From Camelus ferus (lineage: Eukaryota), in the NCBI RefSeq assembly GCF_009834535.1, contig NC_045696.1, forward strand, positions 31,126,001 through 31,190,000: a DNA stretch of 64,000 nucleotides, written 5' to 3'. Below are positions 13,701-27,391 of the stretch, piece after piece. A model generated the notes under the pieces. That model searched no databases, was not told the origin of the DNA, and saw nothing but the letters and a program-made list of their open reading frames with translations. Within the stretch, counting starts at the first letter, position 1. Every line of letters starts with the position of its first letter. Both the position numbers and the translations under genes were made by a program.

Positions 13701-16320
13701 ACTTTTTTGTTTAATAAATATGACTCAAAATCACTGCTTTCTCTTATGAAAATGTGAAAATCAAATTTACTTTAAATAGCCAAGATGTGAGTCAATCGTG
13801 TACAATTGTGAAAATGTACAGGTATTAAATAAAGTTGCTTATCATCCTTCAACTTTAATTAGTTCCTTGGAAAGGGAGCACAGAATAAATACTATGTTAT
13901 AATATTCATGCTACAGAAGAGTGCCTGGATGGTTGGAATTACTCCAACTTTTGCTAGATCATTTTGCTATTTTATCATTTAAAATGTATACATTGACAGC
14001 GAATGTGTTTATATGTATATTTGTATAAATCATGTCCAGGAAAAATGCACAAGTATTAGAATTAATAACATTTACACTTCCTAAGATTATTTCTAAATAG
14101 GTTCCAATACACAAAATAATAAAAATTGAGCATCTGTAATTTACAATTTAGATGTTATATCACATTTATCTTAATACATTGAAACTGTAATTGCAAATAA
14201 TTGAACTTCCAATACACAAGTAAATGAAATTGCTGAACCAAAAGGAAATTAGCATTGATTGCTGTTTGAGTAAACTGAACAGATTTGGTAGTTCTGATTT
14301 ATTGAGGTAGGAACTAGTCCTAAGCACATTAACACAAAGATGTAATTAAAGTGTTGTGATTTCTAGCAACAAATGCAAGAAGAGGAGACAACCATAAAAA
14401 CATCCTTTTATTCTGGTAATGAAAATCAATTTGAAAATTGCAAGAGTAGCACTCTTAAATTAATGCCAGGCAACTAAAAGAAAACTAAACATAAAATTAT
14501 ATTTTGATAGACCCTAATGAATATTAAAGAAACTACAAGACTGTTATACTGATATTTGTTTAGCTTTCATACATGAAATTAATACTTTGAGCAACAGTAC
14601 ATGGTTTCTTGGAAGAACTCTGCAAAATAGGGATACCATCTGCTTACTTCCTTAAATAATTAAGTCTGCATCTTTATATAACATTTACCCAATTAATGCA
14701 AAGAAAAATTGTATTATGTCCATGGTTACCTAACATTTTTAGCAAAAGAGAGTCTATTCAACTCGGTGAAGATAATTTACACAAATCTCCATACCACTTT
14801 ATGAAAACACAACAAAGTTTTGTTGCAACTGTGTTTCATGGTCCTCCATTAATAAGTCATTCCACTAAAAAGATTATTAGGCAAACAAAAATACCATCTG
14901 CTTTCATTCTTTAAGTCAATTCTATTTTATGACAAGTGTTTACAAGACAAATCTAGTTCAGATTAATTAATTTTATAGGTGAGAAATGTATTCAGCCTGT
15001 TACTGTATTTCTCGTGATATAATTTTTAATGAATTAATTATTCATTTAAACTTCGCTGCCTCCAACCCGAATAAAACCACTGAAGCTGTCACCAAGAGTA
15101 ATTTTGACTGAATTTACAAGTAGCTAGTACATGCCTTCTTAGCAATACCTATTTTGAATTATCCAAATTGATGAAACCAAAGTGAAGCCAATAAAAGGAA
15201 TTAAAGAAATTACCCATGTAGTATCCTAGCTAATTACGACCAATCAGCTATGACTTTTGGCTAGAATTCCATTCATGCTCATATTTCACTTGAACTATTA
15301 ACAATGCTTCTGATGCTATTATTCCCATTCGTGCCCATCTGCCTTTTCCTTTTCTGCATCATCCTCTTCCTCCTCTCCATGCTGCTGCTGCTCTTCACAT
15401 TAGAGCTGTTGCTGCTGGAGGTACTGTAATTACGTTACCGCAGTGTCAGCAAACAATTCACGTTATATCTTTATCTGTGTTGAGTATATCGATCCTTGTT
15501 TGAGGATAACTTGCTGGCTGGCTTTTGATTATTCATTTATACCAACAGGGTGATGTTCATTATCTTAATCAGGTCTTTGGCAAAATCCAATCATTGTATT
15601 GGAGACATCTATTGTCTAGATCTATTATCCACTTATATCTAGCTGTTTACAGTCTTCATATTAGATGTGGATAGTGTTAACATTTTAATTAAAGAAGAAT
15701 CATATTTATGTATTTTAATGTATTTAGGGTCAAATTCATGTGATGAGGGTGGGGCGACATAGTAGCTAAAGAGTCCAAAATCTGATCCCTTCTTTTGTTA
15801 AGAATCATACTACCCATTAAAAAAAAAAAAAAAAAGCATCAATTTAAGACCAAGGCCAAAAGAAGAATTTTGAAAAAGGAAAAATATGAAAGAGAAAAAG
15901 AAAGTAATCTCTACTGAGAATATTCTATATTGATAGTAGCCACACAACCTTCCTAAGAGGGGAAACAGGGTAATTGAGAAATTATGTTTTACATGCTTTC
16001 ACTGTTTGGGGTTAAGTAACATTTTATGGAGAAAAAAAGTCAATTGCAGACAAATAAAAATATTTTTTATTATCACCCAATTTGGAAAAAAACCCCCAAA
16101 ACTTTATGGATTCCATGGAAAACAGTTACAGGCTTAACATTTAAATTATCAACTTTACTGACTGTAGGAATGACAATGGCAAGATCAGTGCTTTTTTTGG
16201 CACTAAAATGGGAACACCTGGGCTAAAATCTATTTTTCCATAGTTGTGAAGATGGTGTCTAAGAAAATAAATTAGGTTGCTTCTTCCCCTATTAGAAAAT
16301 TACATCACATTGCAAAAGTT

Positions 16321-16716
16321 TGTTGGGTCACAAACTGGCCGCGTACTCAAGCAGGGCAAGGAGAAACTGAGGAGGCAGACCACTCCCGATTGGTAGGCAG
16401 CAGTTTTAATGAGCAAGGGAACTTACATAAGGCTTGTCTCGGGCAACCTTAAGGCAAGTAGATCTCTGCACCTACCTGCCAGAATCTTGAAAGTCTATGC
16501 AGAGGTCTTAACCTGGTTTCAGTCACATTTACCATCTAGATGGTGTCAAACACATTGCTCTCTCAAGGCTGCATTCTTGAAAATGGCTCCCACTGTGGGA
16601 GTGATTGGCAGAAAGTATATTCCAAAGACCAGGAAGGAGGTGAGGAGCCTTTGATTCTCTAGGTCCAGTTTGTGGGGCAACTGGCCATCACCTCCATTCA
16701 AGGACCTTCTTCTACA
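16321..16716 (-). mobile_element. Solo LTR (ERV1-like)
   Basis: TG...CA termini, about 400-bp GC-richer block, ATTAAA on the minus strand (about 16405); TSD not resolved. Confidence 0.7.
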
Positions 16717-16769
16717 TGGTAAGAGAATCTAGACTCTTTATGGCAACTTCAAAAAAATGTGCAAGTTCT

Positions 16770-17226
16770 AGCCACAGCTTGTCACAATTTATCTAATCCT
16801 ACTCTCCCCATTCTCCCTATATATTGTCCTAGTTTACTTTTGTTTTGTGAACACACATTTTCCTAAGTGAGGGAAGTTATGTATGGCGTGCCCTCTCTCT
16901 AGGAGGCTGCTTCTTGCTTTCTCCATCAGGCTTGATCGTTCAATTTCTTCAGTTATCACTCCCAATTCATATGCCACATCCCTCTAAGATGTTTGATCTA
17001 CATAAAAAAGTATATCTCCCTCCATTTTTTTCTCCAGAACCCTACTATCATTTTCGTTTAGAGAATGCACCATGATTAAAGTTTTTTTTTATTATCTGTG
17101 CTTTACCAGATTGCTTTATGAATGCAAAACCATGCCTGTTTTGTTTGTGCTGTATTCTAGATATTAACATGGTACTTTCAGTCCCTAGCTAGTCAATAAA
17201 TATTTGTAGAATATATGATTGAATGT
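16770..17226 (+). mobile_element. L2 LINE 3' end
   Basis: ccatgcctgttttgtttgtgctgtattctag...tcaataaatatttgtagaatatatgattgaatg. Confidence 0.7.
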
Positions 17227-18639
17227 ACACCTTGATTTATTGATAATTTGAGAAGTATCAATCATGAGGCATGTTTTTAGTCATTAATCCTTGAAACCAG
17301 ATAATCGAATGGACTGTGTGTTTTCCCATCCACATTTAGCCCTCAGAATCTGCTCTGTCCTTCAGAGATCTTATTTATACAAAATATTTGGGGTTTATAG
17401 TAATCATGACACTTTGTGATCAGCTACATGTAGTATATAGTAAGCTAAAATTTTGGATTAAAGAAAAATAGTATAAAATATAAGTAAAAACATACTATCC
17501 AAAATCAATTATAAAGATGGGAAAATACATACAAGTTCATTTAAAAGAATTAAAACATCTGAATTTACAATACAGATCCATAAAACAGCAACATGGGGCT
17601 GCTTGCTATTAATAAAATACACAAATCTGAGCTTCTGCTACTAGGAAAAAGTAGGAAGCTTTGTGCATGATAGAAAGCATGATGGTGATGAACAGACAGC
17701 CATTGGTTGCCATGTGGCAACCTGGATATTTCAGGTTGAGATTTCTGTGTCTTCTTTGTTGGTTTTATTTTGTTTTTTACTCTGGAGATCAAGGATGTTC
17801 TATGTCCACTGGGAGACAAGAAAACATATTAAATAAGTGTCCTATTTGTCAAGAGATTAGAGACATGTAATAAATGCATTATAATGGGAAGATACTCAGA
17901 TCATTAGTTGTGAAGCTCCCACAGCTTAGTTAAATAACCTAAGTGCAGAATCACTGTAGGCCTGGCAATTCACACATCTCTGAACTATAAAGCACATGTC
18001 AGTCCCATGGAGTGAAGGACCAGGGAAATAAAAAATGTAGCTTTCCACTTTAATAGACTGAGGAAACAATGCCCAAACAAATGTTCAGTCACAGTAGTAG
18101 GACACCATCTTGGAAACAACCTTTAAGTATTAACTTATCATTTAGAGGAGGGAACATAACAATTTTACATTATATGGAAGGGCAATATTATAAAGATAAT
18201 AATATAAATAAAGGGTACATGATATCCTTGTTTTTGACTTAATGCAGATCACTTACTATTATCTAGATAAGACAACTCAATGATATTTACAGTAGTTTCC
18301 TAGTGTTACTGTAACATTCCCACCATAAACCAAAATAAAATTACATGGTTTGGAACAAATATACATTATTGCAAAAAAATATTTTTAAAATAGAGCTAGT
18401 AGGCAATGTGTTTGGGGCTGGTTGAGTTGAAGATCTATACACTTGCAAAAAGTTTGGATAGGCAAGGAGAAGAAAGATTTGTTAAAATAGAGAAAATAAT
18501 AAAAGCAAAATTTTAAAAAGTAGGATTATACATATTATAGCATGTTTTGCAAAAACAAAAAGAACATACTGTATGGAGAATACTATTTTGACCTTAGGTA
18601 GAAAGATACACTAAGTAGCCTGCCAATAATAATTATTTG

Positions 18640-18755
18640 GTTCATTCATTCAGTCACTCAAAAAATAGTTATTAAATGTCTACTATGTGTTCAACATTTT
18701 TTCAGACAATGGCGTTATATCACTGAATGAAACAGTGACAGCCCTAGCCTTCTTG
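18640..18755 (-). mobile_element. L2 LINE 3' end
   Basis: ttcattcattcagtcactcaa...ttattaaatgtctactatgtg...tgaatgaaacag. Confidence 0.7.
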
Positions 18756-19105
18756 CTGTTTCTACACTTGACATTTATGTGAAACTTTACAATTACCAAA
18801 AGATAACATATGTTCATATATAAAGTTTACCTTTATATATAATATTTATAATACAAATAATGAATATATTGAAGCATGATTAATAACATAATCAAAGCAC
18901 ACATGTATTTTCTTTCCCATCATCCTTTTAAAATATATACAGTATGGAGTGTTTCTTCCCCCTTTAACTAGATAAAAAGTTCCTCAGTTGCTTGACTTTT
19001 TTTGGTAGTCATTTAAATGTAAGTTTACAAGATTATTTCGATTAGAGCGCTTCATTTTTCTATTCAACATTTCTATCGTATTCAGTTTGTAAAACTTCTC
19101 CTTAC

Positions 19106-19580
19106 CCACAGAAATGACATCGAAGCTCAGAATTGTACCAATAAACCATCTGAGGACAGGCACTGGCATCGTGTCCCTTCCATAAATAAGGACTTTGGCA
19201 GATCAAAATCACTGTCATTACCATTTCTCTTTTTCTCATATCAACTGTTTTTCCTCCTCCCCCTTATTAGATACAGTTTAGGACTCTGCCAGGGTCAGCA
19301 GGGGAGGAGGTGGAGATGTTGGAGGCTGTGTGCTGAGCACCCCTCTCACAAGCACACACATAATAGGGCAACTAACCTCTCCTGGAAGAACGATTTGGAA
19401 GATGCAACTCCATGTCTACCACGTGCCACATGTGGCACTGCTCAGCTCTGTTTCTCTAAATATGTTTGAAAGGCAGCTCCTACAGAATTCCAGCTGTCTT
19501 GTTTTCCTAAGGGAAAACTTACAAAAAGGAGACATGACAGCCCAGTCTGCTGCAGTTATTCTTAAGGGTCACAATTTATA
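19106..19580 (-). other. Candidate first exon or regulatory element of an unidentified minus-strand transcript
   Basis: Non-repeat sequence; TATAAA at 19580-19575; ATG at 19169, 21 codons plus 1 nt, then TGG|gtaagg donor at 19106/19105. Confidence 0.25.
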
Positions 19581-20379
19581 CACATCATCTCCTTAAAATT
19601 AAGATGTATTAAATCAAAATAAGAATCACACATTCTCCAACTAGAAGCAAGATGAATTCTTAAAAATAGTTACTTGGACTTTGTTTTTAATGATCCTTTT
19701 TGGTTTGATATATAGTTGGTACTGATGGTATTTGTTGATAATTCCATCAAGTGCATTTTCACCCTTTCAAACTCAGTGTATACAAATTTGAAGCTAGAAT
19801 TGTATATGAAAATACCAATGGGTCTTGCCAGATCATCTGCATAAAGTAATAAATATAGAGCAGTTGTATAAAAAAATACATGCAGCCTCACTGTGGCAGA
19901 TGTAAAAATGGCATATTTCTGATTGTTCACTTTTGTCCTGGCATTACATGGTCACGAATTTCACATGACATAAAACAGCTCAACAACTGTTATGATACCT
20001 TAAAACAGAGATGTTAATGCTCCCTGTAAAGACAAACACAATTTATTGCAGATGCCAAATCTTTATTACTTTTCAGGCTAACGGCAGAAAGAGTTGAAGA
20101 GTAAATCTAAATGTGCACATACTGGAAAAGGAGAATGTATAAAGCAAGCGTGGCAGTCTGTTGTCTAACGCACCTCAAAGTTACCCAGAGCTACTGGAAG
20201 TGATAAGTCACAAGGTTTTACCCAGATAGGCAGAAGGGGAATGGCCCAAAATAGATTTTGGTTCCCAAGTGATTTCCCTCACTCTCAACATCTGTTTCCT
20301 GACTAGGGCAAAAAACAAGTATGTTTTTGCCATTTGGCCAGAGGGGAGAGATCAGCTCTCCCCAGCTAATCCCAGCTAC

Positions 20380-20402
20380 TCTCTCTCTCTCTCTCTCTCT
20401 CT
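20380..20402. repeat. (CT)n microsatellite
   Basis: About 11 CT units. Confidence 0.9.
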
Positions 20403-20519
20403 GCCACCAGAGACAGCAGGAATTACTGAAAAATCCTGCGCTGCTATCGACTCGTATGTAGGCAAGTGGCTCTTAACCCTCACTGTGCAATAGACTATTT
20501 TTCAGTCCTAGAAAATTAT

Positions 20520-20638
20520 ATCAATTCTCAGCTCCTACCCTTCCCCATTAAATCCCTGGAGACAGGTGGCCAGCAAAGGTGATTTTTGGGTAAGACTACC
20601 AGGTGGTTCTAAGATGTAAGTAGGGTTGAGAACTTCTG
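20520..20638. mobile_element. MER5-like hAT MITE fragment
   Basis: ccaggtggttctaagatgtaagtagggttgagaacttctg terminus. Confidence 0.55.
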
Positions 20639-20982
20639 CTGTATCAAAGCAATCTAGAAACCAACCCTCACCAACACACGGACACATACACACATACAAG
20701 TTTTAACTCCTAATTATAAAGATCCATCTGTCCAATATACATCAAATGTAAACTTTCACTTAATGTAAGAAAATGTTCAGTGTCATATGCCTGATTAGTG
20801 ATTTTGATAGTGTTTAAGCTGAGTACAACTTAAAAGGGATAGGTTTTATGTGATGTGATTGCATGTGATGAAAAAATAGTAACATTCTCTCTTATATGCC
20901 CAAATTCAAGATATTCTAGAGGACAGAAAAAAACTTTTTCCACCCCATTGATCTATATAAGTGTAATTTTTATTATGTTTGT

Positions 20983-21343
20983 TGTCTAAGTCAGTTCAGA
21001 ATACCATAGATGGGTGGCTAAAAAAAAAAAGAAATTTATTTCACACAGTCCTACGGGCTGGGAAGTCCAAGATCAAGGCTACGGCAAATATAGTCTTTTG
21101 ATGAAGCTACTCTTCCTGGTTTACAATCAACTCACTGTTAGTCGTGTCCTTAGATGGCAGAGAGCAAGAAAGAGGCAGAGCAAACTCTCTGGTCTCCTCT
21201 TATAAGGGCACTCATCTTATTCATGAGGGCTCCACCCTCATGACCCAATTACTCCCTAGAGACTCCACTCCCTAATGCCATCACAAGGTGGGCTGAAAGC
21301 TCAGCATGAATTTTGAGGGAGACACAACATTCAGTCCCTAATG
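20983..21343 (-). mobile_element. MLT1A-like MaLR solo LTR
   Basis: aatttatttcacacagtc..ggctgggaagtccaagatcaagg, tataagggcactcatcttattcatgagggctccaccctcatgacccaattac. Confidence 0.85.
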
Positions 21344-24300
21344 GTGAGCTCAGAGAGTCCTAAATTCTGAGAACAGAAAGGACGGTGCTTTTCTGTAAAG
21401 GAAAAAGAAAAAAAGAAGAAGAATTATACGTTCACTCTTAAAATGTAATGCTAAGTGATACTTCAATTAAAACAAATTTTTAATCAAAAGAATTACTTGA
21501 AACTATAGAAAACATGTGTTTTAATTTTATTTAAACTTACATTGTGACTCATTAATCATCACATTATATAATACTGAATTATTTTAAGTTAATAAAATGA
21601 TTTTATATTATAGATTAATATTATATAAAATGTTCAAGCTAATGTCATATTTATGTATTCAATAAGTAAAAATGTAAAGATTGGAAATAAGATATTTTAA
21701 AATGTAATTATATTTTTAAAACAAGTAATCAAAACCTGGGTTCAAGATAAAATAAGCATAATGAAATGCAATCTTAATTTACTTCAACTAGGTTTAGCGA
21801 TTGTCCAAAAAGTAATTCTCTAATTAGATAAATTATGCTTAATGTATATCAGGAATATTATATTCCTATTAGCGACCATGTTTTAATAACTTTGATTTTT
21901 ATAATCATGCCAATAAAATATTTATAATAGCTTCTTTTATTAGAATTGTAAATAATTGTTATTTGTGATAATCTAAATTTTATTTATGACACTATCTTCA
22001 ATATAATAACTTATTTCTAAGTATTTGGAGGAAAAAACTTTATTTTATCCTCTATTAAAAGAATATGAACTGTTTCTAAAAGCAACTGTCATTTTAACTG
22101 TATTTACTATGGCAACAAGCCTGATTATTATGTGTGTATGCTTTATTTTCAACAGATGTATAATTATTTCTAAAACAAGCAGATATATAGTCTTACCAAT
22201 TAACTTTTTAAACTTGAAGTTGTAAAGTATGGTAGTTCTAAATCACACAACATGAAACACTGAAACCTTCACTTTTTCATCCTTTAAATATTCTACCACT
22301 GCTAAAGTGAAGAATCTTGTAACAGATCCCTTACTTGAATAAAGCAGTCCAACAGATACCATCTTGCTCTCTAACTTTCTCTCCTTGCCCCTTGCTAGCA
22401 GTAAAGGGTTTTCTCATGATGGCCAGGGTACTACATTCTCTTTAATGTTCAAAGAAGTAAATGCTTCCAAATTATGTTTCCATCTTGATTGTAACCACCT
22501 GATTCTTTGTTTGGCCTCCAGAGTTACTCATCTTGGTGTCTTGGGGTATATGCATTGTCCAAGCACACATATTCTTAAATATCAATAATATTGGTATTCT
22601 GATTTTTCTCCCAATTGCAGTTCTCCATAATTTAGTTTTTCTTTAAAGAACATGTTTTGGTTTCTCTTCTATATTTTAAAATTCAATTTGATTCTTCTAG
22701 ACACTGTTCCTTAAATAGAAACAATAGAACTTTCCTTCAATGTAAAACATTTAATCCAAAGTTTAAAGCACTTAGGTTTTTTCCTTCTCATTCTTTTGTG
22801 TGAGTTGGTATTATAACATCAGGCAGATGTGTCTGGTCTTGGCAAGTCAACAACTTTTCAAACTTACATCACCCAATGTGAACACAAGGTTGTATCTAAT
22901 TCTTACCTGTCCTCACCTCACTGCACAATCAAGCCCTGAGATGCTCTTACCCTCATCTTCCCATCAATTTTTACCTTCCATTCTGCATCTCCTGGCAGCA
23001 CATGCTTGCATGATCTGGATACCTGTCAAATCTGCCTGCTATCTCTCCTAAATACTTCTGGGTGTCACCCACGGTAGCACACGAACATACGGTCACTCTC
23101 TGCTCTCCTTCGAGAAACAGCAGAAACTCACTAGTGCTTCCTCAGAATGATGAAATGCCACTTTGGCACAATTACCCGTTACAAAGCCAAACCTACTCTG
23201 TCGATCCCCTCCCACTGTGATGTGAGGAAGGCCTGCGAGAATGCCTTTGTTCAGAATTCCAGAAAGGAAATAGGGTACAATTCTCTTCTGCCCTTGAATC
23301 TCCAAACTTTCTGGAGAGTTATTTAATAATCTTGGTGAATTTTAATCTTGGTAAATTTAATGATTGTAAGCCAATTTCACAATGATCCTTACCAGGATCT
23401 TTTCCACTTTTCCTTCTAACTCTTTCTGGTCTCAAAGCTTAGAAGCTCTTTATATAGTTGTATATATGTGTTTGTGGAGTTTTTTGTTTGTTTGTTTGTC
23501 TTTTTGTTTGCACGTGTGTATGTATGTTTGGGGTGTAACAGAGAATCTAACATAAAACTACCAGATTCTGCTTCTTCCTACATACTTATTTATAAACTAT
23601 GAAATCACAGTCAGATTCATTTACTCATTTAAAAGCAAAACAAATGACCATTTCTTCTATTTTCACATGGCAGTTAGGCCCTGACATATTTCAATTGATG
23701 ATTGTATCTCTTCACCTTAGCTGGAGAATGTCCTCAGCCCTTTTTTTTTCTTTTTAACTGTAATTCCTTAATACACACATAGCAATATCCTTTTTTTTTT
23801 TTTTTTTTTTGTCCACCAATACATACAGAGCAAGGTGAATGCCTTATAGCATTGTGCTTTCTAAGATATCAAAGCACCACCCATACTTACCTTTCCACCT
23901 AACTTCCTGTATGTCTGTGTTTTTGTCTCCTAATACATTTATAGTAATAAGTCTGCATGTGTTTGTCTGTTGCATGTTGCTTTAAGAAGCACAATCACAT
24001 CCGCACACCACGGACTGGAGAAGTGGCACCTAAATCTTTTGTATAAATGACATCCTTTGAGATATTAAATCACTATAGGAACTTAGTATTTCGGAAGTAG
24101 CTAATGTACAAGAAGTCAAAAATTATTATAATTTAATTGATAACTCATTGTAGCAACATCTTTCAGTTTGTATAAATATTTCTACAGACATTTCACTCTT
24201 TATTTGGTCACTTCAATATCAAGTCACTACTTGAATGGGTGAGTGCCCTGATCACACACATACATTTTGATGTATGTTTGAAAGTGTATCCATTTTAGAA

Positions 24301-26898
24301 TTATTTAACATGGAAGAAGGATTACACATTTGCTAAATTCAGAAATATTATTCTGCAACAAGGAAAACAGTTCCAAGTCTCCTTCTCAGTCATTTCCACC
24401 CATAACAATATACTTCCCCTTTAACTCACCCTTAGAGTTAATCCTCAATTTATTCAGAACCAGTTTCTCCTAACTCCACATTAAGCAGGAAGAGCTCTGA
24501 CCAGCCAGATCACATCCTGTAGGAATTTTGGCCAAGAGAGAGCAGAAGAGGGATGGGCTAGGAGATCTCTTGATTTTATTTTCATTCATAAATCTTTTCT
24601 CCCTACTCTCTCAAATCAACTTGATACTTCTTTAACAATAGCAAAGGAATAACAGGAACAGCAACAACAAAAACTAGATCCTTGATTTATCTATAATTTC
24701 CCCTTTCTTCCTCACCTTTTTGAAAAACAATCCTTGTTGTAAGGACTTACGCTCCAAATAATGATATTGCAAACAAACTGTTAATAGATTATACTTGTTT
24801 AAGCAAAACAGAGGCTTAAAGGAATTGTAAACCAGAAGTTATAGGGTGTCAGTACATGTATGAGAATATTCCAAGCCTCATGAAATGTCAACCCTGCATA
24901 CAATTTACCTAAACACAAATGCTTACATTTTAGGGTAATACTTGTGTTGGAACAAGACATATCATGAATACATACACATATTCATGTCATGGATATATCT
25001 TCTGAGTAAACTTCAAATGCAACTTACAACGTGTTATACACAGTCCCTAAACTCTGGTTTTGTTATTAAATTTGACTATTGATTTCCAACCATTGAAAAT
25101 TTTCTTTGATTCGGAACAATATTTTTTACTTTGCCAAGGTTGCAAATGTAGCATCTCTGAGAACTGTTACTGTTGATGGCACCATCTATGTGATTTGACT
25201 GGCAGCAAAGGGCAGTTAACTAATCTCAGGAAATTATGAGTCACAGTATCTTTGTTTTAAAAGCTAGAATGTGTCAAGAAGTTTTCCCTACTCTATCAGC
25301 AAACTTGCAATGTGGTGATATTGATATTCTTGGTAACCAAGGTGCCATAGTGCCTTGTTAGAAATTATAGAACACTTTAAAGTTGCAAAGTGGCAATACT
25401 GGTTATTAATTTTAACCTTTATCTGGAATATTTATTTGTGATTAATGAGAATATTAGGATTTATCTGCATTCATTGAATTAGAAAATTAACAAAGCACTA
25501 AAAGATAATTCAAGGGAAACCATATAAAATAAGTGTATAAACAGGCCACTTCTTTCTGCATGCATATTTAGTATTACACATAAAATAAAGAACAATATTT
25601 TGTTTTCACCTAAAGGCATTTTCATGCAGTGACTTCGAATTAATCATTACGTGCAGTGAAAATCTTTTTTTATTGTATATTTGCAGCTAATTCTTAGAAA
25701 ATTCCCATGCATCCAAATTATTTTAGGTTCCCTCACAAAAAGAGAACAAGTTCAGTTAGGCAAACTTTTGGAGAGGTTGGAGAGGTTTAAGGTTTTGAGA
25801 CTGGGAAAATGTATCCAAAATGATCTCTTTATCACATGTGATTAGTTGTGAAGTTTTATAATTTCAATTTTGAAAAAAGTTTATGACTAAATGTTTCTTT
25901 TGAAACTCTAATGACTCCCTGGGAGATACCTTCTGGTTTTCTGCCAACAGCATAGTTTATTAGAAGATTAACACATATCTTGCTGGAAGGCTGATAAAAA
26001 CATAAGGTAACTCTGGAACGAAGTCAAGGATATATGTCAAAGAAAGGAAACCTAAGTTTTAGGAAGGAAAACAACGATGCCTTACTGACTAGAAAGCATA
26101 AAAGCAGTAAGAGCACATATTGCCCAATAAACGGTTTTGTCCAAAATTTCCTCTGCTCCCAAAAAGGAAACAATCAAGTCAGTAAGTTTTGTAACAAACA
26201 AAAGGGCTCTACAAAAGTAAGGGAAGACACGGGCTTATGTGTTCAGTCAGAAAACTTTTAAGCTTGGTTTAGTAAAGAAAAGGATGAGAAGACAAATGGT
26301 CAAAATGCATAAAATATTTTATATTGTAGAGGCTTCTTTGCTAAATAACAGCATAGTAAGATCAAGGGGAGTGATTGGAAGAAAGATTTAAGTACATTAA
26401 ACACAAAATAAAATGTTGCTTCAAAAATGTGTAGGAAAGTTTGTAAAATTCATAACAAATTCATGGCAAAAGTGGGCAGACAGGAAATTTCCTTGTACAT
26501 AAAGAATGGGAACAAAACTATGAATAATAGGACAATGATCTTTTTATTATAACAAGCCTAAACCTTAAGCTTACTCCCAGGGAAGCTAACTAAGGTCTCT
26601 CACCCTGCTCCTTTGGAGAACTCCAGATAGCATTATTTGTAGCTTCAAACACCATATTTGGATCAGACTTCACTGATATGACTCCATGATCCAGCCATGT
26701 GAGGAGCTGCTAAATTGTGTTTATCAGTTCATAATTATAAGGACTAAAAAAGAAATGGATTTCAAGTTCAGACATTTGTGAACTCAGTGCTGGAATGTTA
26801 GAAGCAGAGGCAAACAAGACCTGCAAGAATAATAAAGAAACAAAATTAAACACTACCTTAAAATAGCAAGTGATAGACTCAGCAACTCACCAGCTCCA

Positions 26899-27391
26899 TG
26901 TATTAGTTTCTTACTGATGTGGCAACAAATTAAATGACTACAAACTGAATGGATTAAAACATTACAGATGCATTCTCTTATTGCTCTGAAGGTCAGAAGT
27001 GCCCCAATGTTTTCACTGGGGTAAAACCCAAGTGTCAACAAGGCTGGTTTCTTCTGGAGGCTCTGATGAGAGAAGCTGTTTCCTTGCTTTTTTTAGCTGC
27101 TAGTGGCTGTCTGAATTCCTTAGCTTGTGGTGGCTCCTTCCATCTTCAGGTGCGTCAGTCCAATCTCTGCTTCTGATGTTGCATCCTTTCACCTCTGACT
27201 CTGACCTTCGTGCCTCCCTTCTCAATGGACTCTTGTGGTTACATCAGACCCACTGAGGTAATAGATTATCTCTCCATTTCCAGATCCTTGACAGTCACAT
27301 CTGCAAAGTTCTTGTCATTTCATGTATGATGACACAGGTTCAAGGAATTATGTTGTGGACATAATTTGTGGCCATTTTTCAGCCTCCAACA
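26899..27391 (-). mobile_element. MLT1D-like MaLR solo LTR
   Basis: tgtattagtttc...ttctggaggctct...cacatctgcaaagt...cagcctccaaca; TG/CA termini; imperfect 5-bp TSD ctcca/cccca. Confidence 0.85.
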
